Shown here: positions 13,527 through 25,380 of the stretch, one piece after another | Layout of the letters: every line of letters starts with the position of its first letter | How positions within the stretch are numbered: position 1 is the first letter of the stretch | DNA from: Hydrolagus affinis | Lineage: Eukaryota | Assembly (NCBI GenBank): GCA_012026655.1 | Contig: JAAILG010000654.1 | Span: 1 to 64,000, forward strand | Reading direction: 5' to 3' | DNA: 64,000 nucleotides | Program-made: the position numbers and the translations under genes | Notes under the pieces: model-generated | Databases searched by the model: none | Seen by the model: the letters and a program-made list of their open reading frames with translations, nothing else | What the model was told of the DNA's origin: nothing

Positions 13527-14387
13527 ATAAACCTGGCGGGCAGCTGAAGGAGAGAACGTCCAGTACAAGCAAATATTTCCAAAGCGCGCAGTCACTGGTA
13601 TTTTAAGAAGCAAATTTTGTTACAGCACCAACAAAGCAGAGAGAATAAAGGTACAAGTGACCGGACCTCTGTTGATCTCAACAAGGTAATGTGTGACTTG
13701 TTGTCATTCTAGCGCTGCATTTCCCCATCTGTTTGCAACACATCATTAAATGAACCATATTACCAATTACTTCCCGTTAAGCCAAGCCCTAGCTCACCAG
13801 CTGGTTACTAGCTATGACCCTTCTGGTACCAGCTAGGCTCAATGCACATTTCCATCAACATGAAAATTAGGATTGCTAAACTCAAACAGAAGCCAATTGA
13901 AAATGTATCCAAACATTGATTGGATTGGATCACTTGCTGTGAAATGTCTTTGCATTTTTGGGGGACCTTTCAACATTTTGCTGCAACTTTTCGCTCTTAA
14001 CGTGGGTAAATAGCCCAATAGTTGACTGGTTATACTGGCTGGATAGCATAAGTCTTTTGTACTGGAAAAATGACCATTTGCATTGATATAGAAACCTTCA
14101 AGTAGGGTAATGTCAGGCACAGAGTTGGACACCGAGCAAGGGAAAGAACAGAGGGGGAGATGCCCAGAGGTGCATTCAAAAGGGTATTAATGTGAAGTGC
14201 GTTTCCACCGTTATGTATTTGTGGAGTGAATGTTTAATTCCTTGTTGACAATGCATAAGGTGATTTAATCCTTTCCTTTTCCATTAACTTGGCTTGAGTG
14301 GTTGGACTTCAGTTGTAAATGCTTTTACTGGGTGGTTTTCTATCCAACAGTGGGTACCAGCATTTCTTATGGTTGAGTCTTCAGTCA

Positions 14388-14476
14388 TCCAGGTAGCAAG
14401 CCCATGTGGGGCCCATATGGGCATAGATCCAACACAATTTGTCCCATATGGGGCCCATATGGGCTTGCTACCTGGG
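14388..14476. mobile_element. 89-bp palindromic MITE with (C)CCAG termini and 2-bp TSD (CMC/EnSpm-like)
   Basis: 33-bp inverted arms ccaggtagcaagcccat(g/a)tggg(g/c)cccatatggg with two mismatches, flanked by CA on both sides. Confidence 0.7.
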
Positions 14477-14507
14477 CACCTCCTTAGGTAAATGAAGGTG
14501 TTTGTAA

Positions 14508-15655
14508 AATCATAGAATTATACGGCACAAAAAGAGGTTATTCGGTCCATTTTAGTCTGTGCCGGCTCTTTGAACAGAGCAAGTCAATCCCACTGCCCAG
14601 CTCTCTCCCCATAACCTAACAGACCTGCTCTTCCTAAATAAAGATCTAGTTCCCTTTTAAAAGCTGTTATGGAATCTGCCCCCACCACCTTTTCAGGCAA
14701 TGCATTCCAGATTCGAACAACCAGCTGAGTGAAAAAATTTCTCCTCAGCTCCCCTTCTGCTTCGTCTTGAAACTATTTTAAATCTGTGACCACGAGACAC
14801 TGATTTGCCCACCAGTGGAAACAGTCTTTCCCTATTCANNNNNNNNNNNNNNNNNNNNNNNNNNNNNNNNNNNNNNNNNNNNNNNNNNNNNNNNNNNNNN
14901 NNNNNNNNNNNNNNNNNNNNNNNNNNNNNNNNNNNNNNAAACCTCTCATAATCTTATAAACCTCTATTAGGTCTCCTCTCAATCTTCTTTGTTCTAGAGA
15001 GAATAAGCCTAGCCTATCTAGCCTTTCCTCGTAGCTGAAGTCCCTCATTCCTGGTACCATCCTAGTAAATCTCCTCTGCACCCTTTCCAATGCCTTAATA
15101 TCCTTCCTATAGTGTGGTGACCAGAATTGGACACAGTACTCCATCTGAGGTCTAACCAAAGTCTTATAGAGGTTAATCAGCACTTCCTGACTTTTGTATT
15201 CTATACCCCTATTTATAAAGCCTAGTATCCCATATGCCTTCTTAACGGCTTTGTCTACCTGTCCTGCCACTTTCAAAGAGTCTCTAACATAAATCCCTCG
15301 GTCTCTCATTCCTCCACATCCTTTAAAATTGTTATCTAGCCTATATTGCCTCCCCTCATTTCTTCTCCCAAAGTGTATCACCTCACACTTCTCTGCATTA
15401 AACTTCATCTGCCATATGTCTGCCCACTTTACCATTTTATCTATATCCTCTTGCAGATGGCTACTATCCTCCTCACTATTTACTATTCTCCCTAACTTAG
15501 TATCATCTGCAAATTTGGAAACCGTACTCCCTAAACCCAAATCCAAATGTATATTAAAAAGAGCACTTGTCCCAAAACTGATCCCTGGGGGACGCCACTG
15601 CACACTTCCCTCCAGTCTGAAAAGCAGCCACTCACCACAACTCTCTGCTTGCACT
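14508..15655 (-). mobile_element. CR1 LINE, 5'-truncated (RT C-terminal part plus 3' UTR), frameshifted, spanning an assembly gap
   Basis: Peptides SGVPQGSVLG, SKFADDTKL, KFNAEKCEVIHFG, LYKTLVRPQMEYCVQFWSP, LERVQRRFTRM, LFSLEQRRLRGDLIEVYKIMRG, FFTQ..VRIWNALP. The 3' end reads ttctatgatt near 14508. Confidence 0.95.
14839..14938. other. Assembly gap (100 N)
   Basis: Run of exactly 100 N. Confidence 1.
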
Positions 15656-16521
15656 CAGCTAACATGAGGTTACTGGTGCTTGGATATCTTCCCCAAGTCT
15701 TTTTATTTGGGCATTTGTAGCAACACAGAAATAACTGTGGTTATTGAGTTAGCTGAAGCACACAGTTTAAGGGTGTGTGTTTTCTTGAGTCATGGGCCTT
15801 CCCTCACCTCCGGCTGCCACAGTGCTTTCTCCTTTAAGTTCTCCTTTAAGGCTGTGGTGAAGACATGGTTTCCAATAACTACAACACCAGAAACTTCAAT
15901 GGGGCAAAATTCAGTGTCAAAGTTGGGAGTCAATTTCAAAGCCCCTTTTGAAAATTCAACTTAAAAATATTTCATATCAACCTTAACTATATTTATGTTT
16001 CTGAATGCTGAGCACTCATTGCATCATCGAGTGCCACCAGCTGAAAGAAGTAACTGGAGCTGGATGGTGAGTGGGGCCTGAATTTATATCAGTGACATAG
16101 CCATTAACCCTGGCATATTTCATCAATCTTGTCTTTTCATTTGTTTATTAATTCATCTCCCTCGCACTGTCAGACTCATGAACTCCTCCCAACTACATTC
16201 CCCAGTGATGTTATCGGCGCTCATCACTTAAAGAATAATAATTTTCGTTAAGTCATGGTAATGCTATTTCTTTCTCAGTGTTTGACTCTTAAATGCGTTA
16301 TTGAAGGCGGTACATTCTATAACACTGAACATTGAAGCAAATACCCCAAATATTTTAGGCCCTATCTTTTCTCTGGTCCTCATGCAAATTCTACTCGAAA
16401 TTCTGGTGTTTATGTGAGCCATACATGCTATTTTCACTCATCAGCCCAGTGTCAGCTTTCTTGATGGGATGAATAAGTAATTGTGTCCATGGGACAGATC
16501 AGTTTTTTCAAATGTACCTAC

Positions 16522-17250
16522 CTTTCCTGTTGACTTTGTGCTTTCCCAATTCTTCTTCTCCAAAGAAGGAGGTACTTGGTAGATGTCCTGGGGTTGATTC
16601 ATGGATGGAGGAACCTGGTAGATCTCCTGGCCAATGCCCATGGATGGAGGAACCTGGTAGATGTCTTGTGGTGGGCTCTTTGATGGAACTTGGTAGATTT
16701 CCTGGGATGAATGCATCGATGGAGGCACCTGGTAAATATCCTGGGATGAATTCATGGATTGAGGCAGCTGGCATTGAGATGTTGACTTCTGATACAAGGT
16801 CTGTTGCTGCTGTTTCAATGGAGGAGTCGAGTACTTATTTGACTGGTGTTGTAGTGCTGGGGGCACCTGATATAAATTCTGGGATGCTTTATTCGACGAG
16901 GGCATCATATAGACATTGTCTCCTTGCTGTGGGTAGGCAGGGTGCATAGCGGTATACTGTGAGGACTGGGATGGCATTTGGTATACATTCTGTTGCTGGT
17001 AAGGCTGTGGTGACTGTGGATTCTGCTGCTGTGCCTGGCTAGAGCCTGACTGCTTTTTATCATACATTCCCACGAGGATCTTCAGGCGATTGCCAGGCAC
17101 AATACCTTGCCGCCCATGCAGTGAGCAGAGCCACCAGCCATCCAAACCTCCTGTGTTACGTTCCAAAACAGTCATGATATCCCCTTTGCGGAATGAGAGT
17201 TCATCTGGTGATTCAGCCACATTGTCGTACAGGGCTTTGGCCAGCACATT
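16522..17250 (-). CDS. BCAR1: BCAR1/p130Cas coding exon 2: SH3 domain, Q-rich linker and start of the YxxP substrate domain
   Basis: Translation NVLAKALYDNVAESPDELSFRKGDIMTVLERNTGGLDGWWLCSLHGRQGIVPGNRLKILVGMYDKK is nearly identical to the vertebrate p130Cas SH3 domain, followed by repeated IYQVPP motifs. Acceptor ttatttgcag|AAT at 17250/17251, donor AAG|gtaggt at 16522/16521. Length 729 nt (243 codons), phase 0-0. Confidence 0.96.
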
Positions 17251-17774
17251 CTGCAAATAAATCAAAAGCGGCATCTCAGATCTCTTTCACAATTTCCATA
17301 TCCATTTGTACACAACATTCAAATTAAACCTGAATTGATCATTCACAGATGTATGTTTTATGGAAATACATTATTCCCAATAGCGTTTCCCCCGCACCAG
17401 TTTGTCCACACATACCACAGTCAGTAAATCCTGTGAATTGCTTTGGGACGTCCTTTTGATAAGAAAAGCTTTATACCAAATGTCAGGATTATTATTAGAA
17501 ATATATATTTGAAACTACCTTGATATATAATGGGTTGATGAAATAGCAGGGAAAGTACTTGGCTTTTATGCCTATTAACATTCAATCTGCCAAACTGTTA
17601 TAACAGTTTGAATCTTCCACGACTGTCTACCTAGGTCTCTTGTGTGTCTGAAACGGCAGAAATCTGACCAACTTAACAAAATGAAAGGAAAACTTTCCCT
17701 CAGACCATGTGGTTTCTATTCTAATCTAAAACCTGTGTGAAATAATTGTGCTCTGACACAAATGAATTCAGCGA

Positions 17775-18330
17775 ATCTCTCTCAGTAGCCCAGATGGTAA
17801 ATTCGCAGCCTAGTATGGAATTGAGCCATACAGACCACAAAGGCTTCAAATTCCATTTCCTAGACTCTGCTGCATTAGCTGATCTCAATGGGTGGAAAGG
17901 GTCCTAAAGATCTCAGCAGTCCTCGGTGGAGAACATACGAAAAATCAATTACTGTCCAAACCACTAAAAAAAAACACACCTTGCATTTGATATAGAACCA
18001 TTCACGTCACAGAATTTATTATCAGGACTGTATATTTTCTAGGGAAACTAGCTGGTAACACTTGGTGTGAAGTGTGTGTGCATCGTGATGTGTATGTGCA
18101 TGCAAGTGCGTGTGAGTGCACATATATGCGTATGAGTGTGCGCGTGAGTGTGTGTGTGTGTGTGTGTGTGAGAATGTATATATGGGCATGCATTTGTATA
18201 TTATGAAAACAGGACTGGGCAATCACTCACTCGCTAGGTTCCCATCTAAAGAGTGGCCACTTGGATGAGGCTGTTGTCCAAAATGTACACAATTATGAAT
18301 AAGTGCCTTCAGAAGTGAATCAGAGAAAAT
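17775..18330 (+). mobile_element. AmnSINE2-like SINE interrupted by a Deu tail and a (GT)n tract
   Basis: gagccatacagacc...ctgcattagctgatctca at the 5' side; cactcactcgctagg...tggccacttggatgagg at the 3' side. Confidence 0.55.
18070..18172. repeat. (GT)n-rich microsatellite (others at ~21454-21481, 46979-46997, 57300-57322; (GA)n at ~34227, 42823, 44560)
   Basis: Dinucleotide runs visible directly in the sequence. Confidence 0.95.
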
Positions 18331-21300
18331 TGAAGGGGTTGGGGGAAGGGATATGGGAGGCTTAATTTATTTACTCCTGTAGATGGATATAAGGTTCATA
18401 ACATGCTTTCTGCACAGGAATGTCAAATTGAACTTTCCCAGCATAATATCAAACAGATGTTCACTGGTGCAGTTACAAGTAAGCATGGTCTGTAAGAGCT
18501 CTTGTTGGCTTGGTTCGTGTGAAAGAAAAACACAACCGAACACAAATCTGCTTAACTGTCTACAGTGTTACAATAAAAGAATTAGACTGCAACAAAATTG
18601 TCTGGAATTATCATGGGTTTCCACCATATATTAGAGCAATTTGGGCACAATCATTTATAACCTTGTCCTCCTGGTGTGAAAGGCACTTTAAAAGTAAATC
18701 GCATTGTATTGTATAGTTGCATTAAAATTTACCATATCTGGTAATATTCAATGATTTCTACTAGTAATGTTTAATAAAGACATCAGGAAAATAATCAGCA
18801 TACCCTGAGAGTGGAAAGCACAATTCACCACAATTTATAATAGGAAATTGCACCATTGACAATGAATGGAGAGCAGATTCCAGCCATCATTTTCAGAGTG
18901 TGGAGTGGATACAGGACTATATATAATGGAATAATCCTTACATTTGATGTAGCACCTATCATGTCTGGAGGACATCTCAAAGTGCTTTGCAGGATGCTGT
19001 GAGTGTATTGTGACTGCATTCTGTGGATGAATGTGACTATACAGTACTTATTTTATATTTTACTTTAACTGATTGCAATAGCAAATTGGATATTACATGA
19101 ACCTATATGGTGCTATATATAGTACTAGCAAACAAGTAAGCAAAGTCTACAAATTACAGATAAACAGAGTTATCCCAGGCCACTGAAAATCAACTAAACA
19201 TCTTGCGTGCATTTTTCACAAGGCACAAAATATCCAGATAAATATTCAGATCTGTAGTATGATAATCCATACGCACATTGTTTGCTAATGATGTTGCTAA
19301 TTCAGAATCGCAAGGAAAGTTACACAGATGGTTTCGTAAATTCCTTCCCATAGGAGTGTCCATCTGGGCTAACTCGATGGCTCAAGTAGTTGAACATTAT
19401 GTGATCTGAGCCCCGGGGATCTCAGGGACTCAGATACAACTGCCACAGTAACAAAGGGCTTCCGTCACAAACAAGCTGGCAAAAGGCAATGCCATACAGT
19501 ACCGAGTCACTTCACCTTAGAGAGAGGAACAATAGTGACCATCTGGATTGCCTTCACTTGAATCAAACTCTCATCTCACTCTGCCAGACATACACCACTG
19601 TCAATCATGCTAGAGAACCCCATCCAGTCATCCAGACCTCACACAGTAACAAGAATTGGTGTCGTGGTGGTGGGGGAGGGGGGGTAAGGGTGCGTGGAGA
19701 AAAACAACAAATCTAAAACAATGTGTAACTGTTGTGATTTTGCTTTCTGTAATAAGCATTCATCAGTTTACCTTCAGAGCAAGCAAGCTGTTGACGTCTG
19801 ATGATAAAGTTCATGAAATATAGCACCTGACAGAAGTACATGGATGGCAGGAGTGCTCACTGTGATTTATCACAGAATCTCCTAACTTTCCTAATTTCCT
19901 TTGTCTACTCATACAAGATGCTTTCCTTCTGCTACTAATCAATCTTGGCTTGGTCACAGCACTTTTCCCTTTATTGACCATCTATCTTGCTTCTCAAATT
20001 ATGCCATTGTGGAAAACATTTTCAGGTCCAGTAGTTGGGCTACCCGGCGCCCTTCCTTCCCAAATGGCCTTCTCGAACTCCAAAGGCCGGGGTGCAGTGA
20101 TAAATTAGATTTTGCTTATATCTGCGCAGTGAAGCCTTGTTCAACATGTTTTCCTAAACTCAAGGGTAATGTTATCTGCTTATCTGACAACGCTGAGCAG
20201 AGCCATCACCAGAATTTAGGACCTTGGTGACATACTGTACTTTAAAAGTGTTGACTCTTTCGAGAGCAAATTACTGTAGATAGATTGTTGATAGGAAGCA
20301 ATATCTCAAGGTACAGTATATAGTTTTGCTCATGACATGTCAAATGACTGCTGGGATGGTAGAAGGTGAACTGGATGGACCTTGTTCTTCTTTTGCCTAG
20401 CAAACACTTATGGTTTCAATACTCTTTAACCCACTATCGGTACCACTCACATCATCCTCTGTTAAACCAATTAAGTGTTTTCAACTGTAACGGTAACCCT
20501 TCACAGTCAATCCTTTTCCGTATTGAGAAATCAAGGGCTCGCCATGGGATACACAATGCTTTCTCTTGAGTAAATTCAGTTGGATTTACTCAAAAAGCAT
20601 TTTATATTTTTAAAAATTATCCAACAGCATGTTGGAAATTGTATTTATATTCAGAATGTAAAGTGACTGGCAGAGAAAGATTTTTTAAACAAATTATTTT
20701 GCCATGGATAACTTGAGTGTAAAGCATTTAATCCATTCCTCCAGATATACATGGATTTAACGATGCTGCGTGACAGGCAGGAGCCACGAGGTATTTTAAA
20801 GATAAAGGAGGTCCTGGCAGTACTCAAAAGGTTAATGCAGGATTCTAAATTAAACCAATTTCTAACCTTCTGGCCCCTTCACAAAAATGGTCCCATTGAA
20901 AGGAATTGCCTTTTGATGAAAAATGTCTTCCATTGATGGATAAGGATTTCAGGCCTGTGTAAGCCAATAAATATAGGATAATAGATGGCTGACATTGAGG
21001 CATAAGGCAGTAATTCAACTGAGAGGTTCTGATGATGTCATACGCCACGAGAACAAAGCTTGGGCAGATTCTAAACAGCGGTAGAACCTCTGTATTGAAT
21101 TACTTGCGTGTAACTCACAATCAGATATTTGTTATCTTTCTAAAATTAAATATAGTGCTTGTGTTGTTCCCTGTAGCTTTTGACTTTCCTTCTGTGGGTA
21201 TTGTAAATACAGGAGATGTGGTTCGATGTGATTTGATATTATGTATAAAAGACAACGGCGGCTTAGAGTCTGCCACTGTTTCATTAAAAGGTTGCGTTTT

Positions 21301-24300
21301 ATCTTTTCGGCGCCAAATTGGAAATCAACCATACAAAAAAATACAGAAACCAGAAACGATAGCCTCAAAAGATAAATTGCCCTGCGTTGCGCAATAGTCA
21401 GCCATACAGACTACGCACGTCCCTGGTCAGTGCTGAGTTAGCTCATGTTATATTGTGTGTGTGTGTGTGTGTGTGTGTGTGGCAGGGTGTGGGGATGGAG
21501 TTGATGGTCCAGTACAATTTGTTGTGACAATCCACTATATAATCAGCTAGGATTTCTGCTCGCTAACGATCCTGCTGGAAAGTGTGTATGAGTGAATGAC
21601 AACAACAAACCACATTAACGTTGTGCCTTTCACATCGGAAGGACGTCCCAACCCATAGGATGAGCTGGCTTGTAATGTCTCCCACAGTCATGCAGACAGA
21701 CTCCTGAAAGTCTATGTCTCGGATGACACATGAAGGACTTGGGTCTTGTGGAACTTTGAGTCATCATCATCCCCAGCAGAGAAAACTAGAACACAAGAGC
21801 TGACTAGCATTCCAACTAATCTCTCTCTTTCTCTCTCTCTCTCCCTTTGCCATAAAAAAGGTCTTGATTGTAAATAAAAAGCATTCCAGACAAAGCAAAG
21901 AGAGATGTAGTATGATTGTAATCCCAGCAGTTTAAGGAATACAGCGCAGGTTTTTTTTTTAAACACACAATATTTCCGTTTCCAAAAAGGACCTTCCAAA
22001 GTGCCCAGCAATGTTAAAAGAACCATTGTGGTTTTTTTTATCCCATCTGGAAGGAATCTGCTACTGCACTTCTACATAAGGATTCACGTCGGACTCTCGC
22101 CGGAATAAAATTGACTTCCTGTCATGATTGTCTGCTACTGGGTCCACCCACACACAAAGGCTGAGTAAAACCATTGATCTGCTCAGCTCCCTTCACCACT
22201 CCCGCTGGACTTTGGCAGTCTACAGCCACCAGCCTTCTCCACTAACAGGAAGTGCTTGTTCAGTGAGTCACAGGTTTAAGCATTTCAATGACGAACTATC
22301 ACATACGGCTGGCTCCAGTTTGCTACAGAGGTAATAGATCTTAACTCCAGGAATTTTATCATGTTTTATTTCCACGATTGATGGAGGAGAGACAAATGTG
22401 ACATAACAGTGTCCCACAAACAGTCATGGTGTGAATGATCAACGTTACTGCCTTGAAATATCCAAGATAACAACAACAACTAAATTTATAGAGCGCCTTT
22501 CACGTTGGGAGGACGTCCCAAGGCGTTGCATAAGAGTGTGTTGGGGAGGGAAGGAAGAGAATGAAGATTTAATACTATTTACAAAGAGTGCTTTCAGAAA
22601 GGGAAGAGTAAGGGTGCAAAAAGATGCAGGAATTAACAAAATGGGAGTCCCCACCCCACCCGCCCCTTACAAATTTATGGCATTAATCACCAGCTGGTTA
22701 ATAGCCCAAGTCCTTTCTCCATCTCCACTTAAATAACGTTCATAACGCAAATCGTGTTCCCCAAGTGCCATCCAAAATATTCCTCCAATTAAGTCACAAG
22801 CAGTTGGTCTGCTCCATCATAATTGAGTTATTCCACTATTGGCACCAAAAGCTAATTTGACTTAGTCATCCTGTAATGTGTTTTTCGTGGTTGTTATTGC
22901 AGAACTAACTGTGCCCATTTCAAATGTTTACCCTAGCATAACATTTCCTTCTCGTTGTCTTCCTTCAAACCATTGGAATGTCTGGACAGTGTGTAATTGT
23001 ATAGTCTGCCCTCACACGCCTTCCCAAATCTCCACACAGAGCATTGCCATAAGTGTCGGCAGGAGCCAGTGAAGAGATGAGATCATGTTCCTCGCAGGTC
23101 ACTGACACTCCACTGAAGGATTTTATGGTAATAAGAAAGAATACAAACACACACATACTTATTCTGTGACAGGAACGGAATGACTTAACCCTTTCCAGTT
23201 CAAGGTTTTTGAAGAAAAACATTCTATTTGGCAAAACTTGGCCTATGTTTGTGAATGGCTAGCAGCCCCCATCCCTCCCACCCCTCCCCGTTGGAAATTG
23301 CATGTGTGTGGTGTAATGTGAGGTATGTTGTGTGCTGCACCTTGGGACATCCTCCTGACGTGAACGGTGCTATACAAGTGTCATTTTGTTGTTGTTGCTG
23401 TGTGTGACGAAACAAAAGCAGCCTGTGCAGTCCATCACTAGCCAACAATGAGCCAGTGTACACAAAGGACAGATGCTCGGGTGAGATACTGGAAAGCTAT
23501 TACTCGTACAATTATACCCCGTCATTTGCTATTGGCTTCAAAAGAAGAGGAAGAGAAGACACTTGGGGAAAGACTAAATCCATAGCACACGTACAATGGT
23601 TCTCGGTTTAGTTTAGCCCTTTAACTCGTCATTACGTGAAAGGCATTATACAAATGTAATTTTGCTGTCATTTGGTTAACACACTGATTTACACCTTATA
23701 TTTTCTGAAGATATTTCCACCCTCAGCTAAGAGATGAATAATCCACCATGACTGTGAATTTCTTTATATTCCAGCACAACAGTTCTACCAAATGTTGTCT
23801 ACCAATGACAAATCAAACTAGTGACTATTCTGGTGGGCGGAAGATAAGTCTTCGATATTATTTTTAGCTTAAGCACAACTATAGAACCAGAGCTGCAATG
23901 GAAAGGGAGTGAGCGTTAGTCCAACACACAAGCACACATCACCAGTAAACATTTTGCTCCACAAATGAAACATAGGCTAGTGGTTGCGACCACCACAGGT
24001 CAGATTCCCCAATATAACTTCATCAGTCCATTTACATTCTGAAACCACAGAGGTCCTTCACTGTGAGAGCTACAGAGAACTTCCTACACAGCCTGCTTTC
24101 AGACCACTATGGCCAGCTGAACAGCCAGCTGCAAAAAGCCATCAAGTGCTCTGGAATGTACTTCCTCCCTTCTAGCTGAAGATGGTACATCCAAAATGTC
24201 ATCAAAATAGAAAAACGTGAGAGAACAATATGTGCAGTGTAAGGCAGAGTGAGTATAAGCCACTTAACAAACCCAATGTATGTGGCCTTTACAAAAGTAC

Positions 24301-24849
24301 AATTGAAATTTTCTGTTGGAGCTAAGACACATTCATTCTTTTGTACTCGTTGGTTTTCAGCTGTAATTCTTATCTATCATCATTGAGATGTGCATTAAAA
24401 AAATGGTCCTGACAAGTTTGAACAGTGCGGTTTTATGGACTGGGGGCTGGCTATAGCCTATTGGTATCACCTCACTGCCAGCCCCCGAAGGACAAAGCTT
24501 CAGTTCAGATTGATTTCAGAAAGAACTGGAACCCTTCCAAAGTTTGAATTGAATTAGGTTTCAGTGGTTGTTTTATTGATACATGAACTCTGGAGAATCT
24601 GCGGAATTTCCCCCATTCCCACAAATTATATTTTTTCCACTTAATTTCCCGTAGCTTCCTCCTCCAGTTCATTTCGCAGAATGTTTTGGCTGTAGCTTCC
24701 ATGGGGACTGAACAGGACAACCTATTTATGACACCGAGCCCCTGTACCACAAGGGGAACAATCTACTTTGTGAACTTTACATGATGGCCCAGAAGAGCCC
24801 TGGCAAACAAAATCAAACTGTTTTTGTTGGTGGGAGGTGGGTGGTGGTG

Positions 24850-25380
24850 GTGGTGGGAGAGGTAATTGGGGTATCCTTGGGTCTGACCTGCCTCCAAGGT
24901 GATATGCCTGCTGACAGAATGTTGGGATTGAGTCAATCCTCAATGGCGGTCTCAGCGGTTCAGTTCCTGAGACAGGCAAGTCCATAGTACCATAGGGCAC
25001 TGCAGATGTCAAATCAGACAGCCCAGCTTCCTAACAGGACTAGGAAGAGCAGACTCCTGTTGACCCTGTGAACCAAAGCCGAAACAACAACAACTTGCAT
25101 TTATATAGCGGCCTTCATGCAACGTAGCGTCCCAGAGCTTGTGACAGTGCATTCTCCCATGCGGTTAAACTCAAGCAGTATCCCAAGCTTTGGATCTTGC
25201 CAATTCTCTTGGAATTAGGTAAACTGGGTGTGTTCCTCTAAGGGAGAGTATACATTCCATTCCAGATATGGAAATTTCATGTGTGGGTAGCATGCATCTG
25301 TGGAACTGTTGATTTAAATTCTTTAAATAGGGGGATGAGTTTCCACCTGTGTTAAGGCACTTGTCTGACCAAAAAATGAT
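24850..25380 (+). repeat. Unclassified interspersed repeat, copy C (split by a short L2/Deu tail)
   Basis: Colinear with copies A and B, with a shared end near ccaaaaa. Confidence 0.75.

Noticed and set aside
14836-15654. Reverse transcriptase ORF as a novel RT system or intact gene
   Set aside because: It is an ordinary truncated, frameshifted CR1 ORF2 fragment.
1-16500. BCAR1 exon 3 (VVVPTRVG...YDxP)
   Set aside because: I found no matching peptide by eye; it probably lies beyond the window start.
16560-16743. Regular ~39-nt repeats resembling a CRISPR-like array
   Set aside because: They are coding repeats within a vertebrate exon, degenerate at third positions, with no unique spacers or cas genes.
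16512-16949. 145-aa plus-strand repetitive ORF (and the 88-aa alternative frame)
   Set aside because: These are antisense or shifted shadows of the BCAR1 YQVP repeat.
16441-17274. 277-aa ORF as a complete single-exon gene
   Set aside because: The MPLLIYLQ and VGTFEK... ends are intronic read-through; splice sites delimit 16522-17250.
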